Source of the DNA: an uncultured virus (IMG/VR IMGVR_UViG_3300042317_001798)
Lineage: Duplodnaviria; Heunggongvirae; Uroviricota; Caudoviricetes
Strand: one strand, 5' to 3'
DNA: 20,000 bases
Virus record (IMG/VR): IMGVR_UViG_3300042317_001798
Coordinates: 56,517-76,516 of that record
Shown: positions 17,378-20,000 of the stretch, one piece after another
Numbering within the stretch: the stretch's first letter is position 1
Layout: the number at the start of each line of letters is the position of its first letter
The notes under the pieces: model-generated
Seen by the model: the letters and a program-made list of their open reading frames with translations, nothing else
Told to the model about the DNA's origin: nothing
The model's database searches: none
Program-made: the position numbers and the translations under genes

Positions 17378-17511
17378 GGATAAATTTATCCTGACTCAGA
17401 TGACTAGATAAGTCCATTTAGGACAAGAAAGAAAGCGCCGCTTTTTCCTTTCACGGATTACAAAGGCCGCGTAATCCCCTAGGACCGCATAACGCAATCC
17501 GTTATGCCTAG
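17378..17511. other. Tandem inverted-repeat array in non-coding DNA
   Basis: GGATAAATTTATCC palindrome 17378-17391; GTCC/GGAC 17412-17424; GAAAG-AAAGC/GCTTT-CTTTC 17427-17452; GGATTAC/GTAATCC 17455-17477; GCATAACG/CGTTATGC 17487-17507 flanked by CTAG/CTAG. Confidence 0.7.
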
Positions 17512-17521
17512 AGACTAGATA

Positions 17522-17587
17522 GGGGTAAGGCAGAGCAATGGGGTGCCAGTAGGGGCAAGGCATAGTTGCAGGGGGGGTAAGGCATAG
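17522..17587 (+). repeat. Three direct repeats GGGGYAAGGCAKAG
   Basis: 17522-17535, 17552-17565, 17574-17587. Confidence 0.85.
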
Positions 17588-17690
17588 TACGAACCAAAAC
17601 CAACATCCACTTGACCACCACCTACCAGCAATTACCTAGTAGTAATTATCCAAAGAGATAAGAAATTCATCTTTTCTCTGAGGAGATTTT

Positions 17691-18041
17691 GTGACAAGCA
17701 AGAAAGAAATATCCAAACAAAAATTACCCAATAAAAATACCCAACCATTTTCAGAGATAGCTATACCTGCGAAAGATTGGTTTCAACTGGCAGCCTGTAG
17801 GGGAAAGACCGAACTAATGTTTCCCAAACAACATAAGGATATTACTTACATTGCACAGGCAAGAACCATCTGTAGGGCGTGCCCGGTTCGAGACAAGTGT
17901 TTAGAGTACGCACTTGAGTTTCCACCTGCTGATATGCACGGTGTTTGGGCAGGACTAACGAGCAGACAGCTTGCAGCAGAACAGAGAAGAAGAAAGATAA
18001 AGCCAACACGGCCAACGCTTGCACAGATGTGGGGAAATTAA
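17691..18041 (+). CDS. whiB: WhiB-family Fe-S transcription factor
   Basis: W...AAC, FP, ARTICRACPVRDKCLEYAL (four Cys in total), HGVWAGLT turn, basic tail; GAGGAG upstream of GTG. Confidence 0.95.
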   Translation: MTSKKEISKQKLPNKNTQPFSEIAIPAKDWFQLAACRGKTELMFPKQHKDITYIAQARTICRACPVRDKCLEYALEFPPADMHGVWAGLTSRQLAAEQRRRKIKPTRPTLAQMWGN

Positions 18042-18043
18042 AT

Positions 18044-18149
18044 GTCCACCCGGGCACCTCACTTGAGGAGGGGTCATGCACCCGACGCAAGGAGTCGTCG
18101 GTAGACGATGGCATAACCACCAAGCGAGTTAATTCCGGCCCGAGTGGAC
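18044..18149 (-). ncRNA. Candidate structured small RNA (about 106 nt), family not recognised
   Basis: 12-bp terminal stem GTCCACTCGGGC/GCCCGGGTGGAC, three or four internal hairpins, G-U pairs favouring the minus strand, extended -10 six nt before the first base. Confidence 0.6.
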
Positions 18150-18155
18150 GAGAGT

Positions 18156-18166
18156 AACCTAGCACA
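18156..18166 (-). promoter_or_regulatory. Extended -10 promoter TGTG-C-TAGGTT
   Basis: Matches TGnTAnnnT; predicted +1 at 18149. Confidence 0.55.
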
Positions 18167-18260
18167 GCAGATGGCCGGCATCTAATAAAAGGCGAAAAAA
18201 GACCAAAAATCCTGCGCCGGCGGTCCTAAAAATTTTTTTTCGAAATTTTGTAATTACAAA

Positions 18261-18605
18261 TTACATAATGCGCAAGTTGCAAGTCTCACAAAATTGCCAC
18301 TCATTTAATTGGGTAATTTTTTGCAGGCAATCTTTTTTGCCGCACGGCTTTAGTAATTGTTCCCCGCGCACGTACGCCAACACTTGCTCTTCCACTGTTG
18401 GTATTGAGAATTGCGCAGAGCCAGGAGCAGGGAATCCCTTTTGGTTGCGTACGAATTCATAGAGTGCATAGATGCACAATTGATTTACAGATATTCCCTG
18501 TTTAGTTGCGTACTCAACTATCTCGTTTTTCACCCGGCCTTTTAGTCGGATGTTCAGCGTTACATAGCTGTCGAGATGTTTAGTCTTTTTGCTTTTAGCG
18601 CCCAT
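18261..18605 (-). CDS. Ribbon-helix-helix protein with C-terminal four-Cys (Zn-ribbon-like) segment
   Basis: VTLNIRL...KNEIVEYATKQGISVNQLC is Arc/HicB-like RHH; CGKKDC...CETC. Confidence 0.75.
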   Translation of the reverse strand: MGAKSKKTKHLDSYVTLNIRLKGRVKNEIVEYATKQGISVNQLCIYALYEFVRNQKGFPAPGSAQFSIPTVEEQVLAYVRGEQLLKPCGKKDCLQKITQLNEWQFCETCNLRIM

Positions 18606-18762
18606 CTCGCTCGACCAACGACTCTATGTACGCAGTCAAGCTCAAGTCGACGGCGCCGGCCTGATGCATGAGTTTTTCTTTAAATTCTTTTGTGACGCGC
18701 AATGTCAGCGTCACTACTGGCTTCGTTGGTATAAGAGCTGGTCTGCCTGGGTTTCTCTTCAC
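18595..18762 (-). CDS. 55-aa ribbon-helix-helix protein (below ORF-track cutoff)
   Basis: Hand translation MKRNPGRPALIPTKPVVTLTLRVTKEFKEKLMHQAGAVDLSLTAYIESLVERDGR; GRP + TLTLRV strand + SLTAYI helix. Confidence 0.8.
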   Translation of the reverse strand: MKRNPGRPALIPTKPVVTLTLRVTKEFKEKLMHQAGAVDLSLTAYIESLVERDGR

Positions 18763-18772
18763 AAACCAGAAG

Positions 18773-18913
18773 CTAGCCCAGGACGACAGACCTCATTGCA
18801 ACTACTAGCGAGACAACAATAAATATCTTCAGCAGGAAAGCAATCCTGGAATACATTACAGCATAAATAAAAAGACTAGAAAAAAATAGGTAAATTATTG
18901 TTGGGGTATTCAT
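18773..18913 (-). CDS. 46-aa membrane microprotein (below ORF-track cutoff)
   Basis: MNTPTIIYLFFSSLFIYAVMYSRIAFLLKIFIVVSLVVAMRSVVLG; ATG overlaps upstream TGA (ATGA). Confidence 0.65.
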   Translation of the reverse strand: MNTPTIIYLFFSSLFIYAVMYSRIAFLLKIFIVVSLVVAMRSVVLG

Positions 18914-19392
18914 TTACTACTATCCAATTCAGGAACTGAGTACCGGTCCATATCTAGTTCATTGACGATTCGTTCATATGTACGACAGAATGCTTCTCTG
19001 TCTGAATTGGTGTGCATTCCCCAGGCAGCGTCTCCCAGTGCCCTTACTGTAGAGCGGAGGGCGTCTGACATCTCAACTGGGTTACCTACACCAGAATTGA
19101 CGTTAGAAATTACGGTAAGGAATTTACCCCAAGCAACAAGGGGGTCATCGAATGAGGTCATTTTTGTACGCCTATTTATTGTGGCACGACGTATCTCGCC
19201 AGGCCTGGGCATGAACTGGGCGCTGACCGCAATCTGGAGGAAAGCCTTCTTTGTCTCGTCGTACTCCAGGTCATGGAGTAAATCGTGCCAGGACGAATAC
19301 AGGGTCATTAGTCTGTCTTCTGCCGAGGGGAGTGTTTGGTTGTAGGTGGCATAGGCCTGCTCTACCAATTGAACTAATTCGGTTTTAGTCAC
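18910..19392 (-). CDS. Replicative helicase loader/inhibitor-like protein (SPP1 G39P / lambda P position)
   Basis: MTKTE..QLV....A.Y...SWHDLLHDLEY......F........FMPRPGEIR...AW pattern; GAGG upstream; follows a replication-type gene. Confidence 0.7.
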   Translation of the reverse strand: MTKTELVQLVEQAYATYNQTLPSAEDRLMTLYSSWHDLLHDLEYDETKKAFLQIAVSAQFMPRPGEIRRATINRRTKMTSFDDPLVAWGKFLTVISNVNSGVGNPVEMSDALRSTVRALGDAAWGMHTNSDREAFCRTYERIVNELDMDRYSVPELDSSK

Positions 19393-19484
19393 TCGTCATC
19401 CTCTTCTTCATTGCAGCGTAGGGGTCGGGTAATCCTATCCATCTCACAGTCGCATGGGGGTTTGCTCTTGCCGGCAATAATCAT
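19389..19484 (-). CDS. 31-aa Cys-containing microprotein (below ORF-track cutoff)
   Basis: MIIAGKSKPPCDCEMDRITRPLRCNEEEDDE; ATGA overlap with upstream stop and GTGA overlap with downstream start. Confidence 0.65.
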   Translation of the reverse strand: MIIAGKSKPPCDCEMDRITRPLRCNEEEDDE

Positions 19485-19879
19485 TTATCCCCACTTATCC
19501 ATTTATCTCGAGCTGTGTTGCCTGTCTTTTCTTCCAGCTTCCTTAGGAACATCTCGACGTGCTGTGCATCAATGAAGATGTTATGGATGTCGTTGTACTT
19601 CTTCCCGTTGGGGTTCTTGCCCATATGCCAATCAGAGACAAGGCATCCGTCTATAGCGTCCTTGCAGGACTTGATTCCGTAGTTCTTGATAGCCCATCCA
19701 ATTCTTGCCGCGCGTTTGGCGTCCAGGACTGCAGCTCTTTTGGAATGGCGTTCTTTCCAATAGTCGAAAACTATTTTCTTTGCATCTTCAGAAATTGTTT
19801 CCGCCGCCGTGCGTTGGTCTTTGGTGTGCTGATTCGGACCGCGCTTCTTCTTCTCCCTGGGGAAGAGCTCATCAACCAT
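19481..19879 (-). CDS. Putative replication protein resembling the C-terminal domain of phage replisome organisers
   Basis: VFDYW...KR..RI...IK.YG......AIDG...SDWHMGKN..GKKY.DI..IF pattern and position before a loader-like gene. Start placed at ATG 19879 from promoter geometry. Confidence 0.55.
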   Translation of the reverse strand: MVDELFPREKKKRGPNQHTKDQRTAAETISEDAKKIVFDYWKERHSKRAAVLDAKRAARIGWAIKNYGIKSCKDAIDGCLVSDWHMGKNPNGKKYNDIHNIFIDAQHVEMFLRKLEEKTGNTARDKWISGDK

Positions 19880-19885
19880 AGACAC

Positions 19886-19914
19886 ATCCTATCGTTGCTT
19901 TCCGCCACCGTCAA
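19886..19914 (-). promoter_or_regulatory. Housekeeping-sigma promoter giving a leaderless mRNA
   Basis: TTGACG (19914-19909), 17-nt spacer, TAGGAT (19891-19886), 6 nt, then ATG 19879. Confidence 0.75.
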
Positions 19915-20000
19915 TACTTATCGACACAGAAATGGTACAAACAGGAAAAAAAATTTTGCTTAATTTTCAATTGAGTAAAACTAAATTTCGTAAATGAAAA

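Noticed and set aside
17404..17430. Hammerhead-like CTAGATAA-GTCC-ATTTA-GGAC-AAGAAA
   Set aside because: Resembles stem II context but the required CUGANGA and directly adjacent GAAA core are not intact, and stems I and III were not found.
17522..17587. Mini CRISPR array
   Set aside because: Repeats are only 14 nt with 16- and 8-nt gaps; no cas genes.
17646..17654. DnaA box TTATCCAAA
   Set aside because: Single mismatched copy; similar TTATCC words occur elsewhere by chance.
18082..18101. CsrA-type CAAGGA loop on a plus-strand RNA
   Set aside because: Only one such loop; G-U pattern and promoter favour the minus strand.
18044..18149. tRNA or tRNA-like gene
   Set aside because: No T-loop (TTCRA), no 7-nt anticodon loop, no CCA; terminal stem too long.
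17945..18165. ORFs 17945-18157 (+) and 17842-18165 (-) across the candidate RNA
   Set aside because: Both overlap whiB, lack a convincing RBS and show no protein motifs.
18589..18822. 77-aa plus-strand ORF
   Set aside because: Region is better explained by the minus-strand RHH and membrane microprotein genes.

Overview
Fragment of a tailed dsDNA phage genome, most likely infecting an actinobacterium (WhiB-family gene, r1t-type holin, several apparently leaderless starts). Left (1-5778, minus strand): virion/tail-fibre genes, including a 907-aa Ser/Thr/Gly/Ala-rich protein built from about 41 repeats of 20-22 aa, headed by a holin. Middle (5899-13525, plus strand): a coupled glycosyltransferase / PhyH-type 2OG-Fe(II) oxygenase / SAM methyltransferase cassette, a 1212-aa secreted membrane-anchored protein, and a lysis cassette (M15 peptidase endolysin plus two membrane proteins). 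Right (13630-20000): winged-helix genes, a metallophosphoesterase, an HslV/proteasome-beta-like Thr protease, whiB, two ribbon-helix-helix genes and a replication-type pair. Four genes absent from the ORF track were recovered by hand. The most notable non-coding signals are a candidate ~106-nt structured small RNA with its own extended -10 promoter converging on the whiB 3' end, a 320-bp hairpin/G-tract region upstream of whiB, and an inverted repeat that hides the ribosome-binding site of the large surface protein while enclosing a promoter. All assignments come from motif reading only; no searches or folding programs were run.
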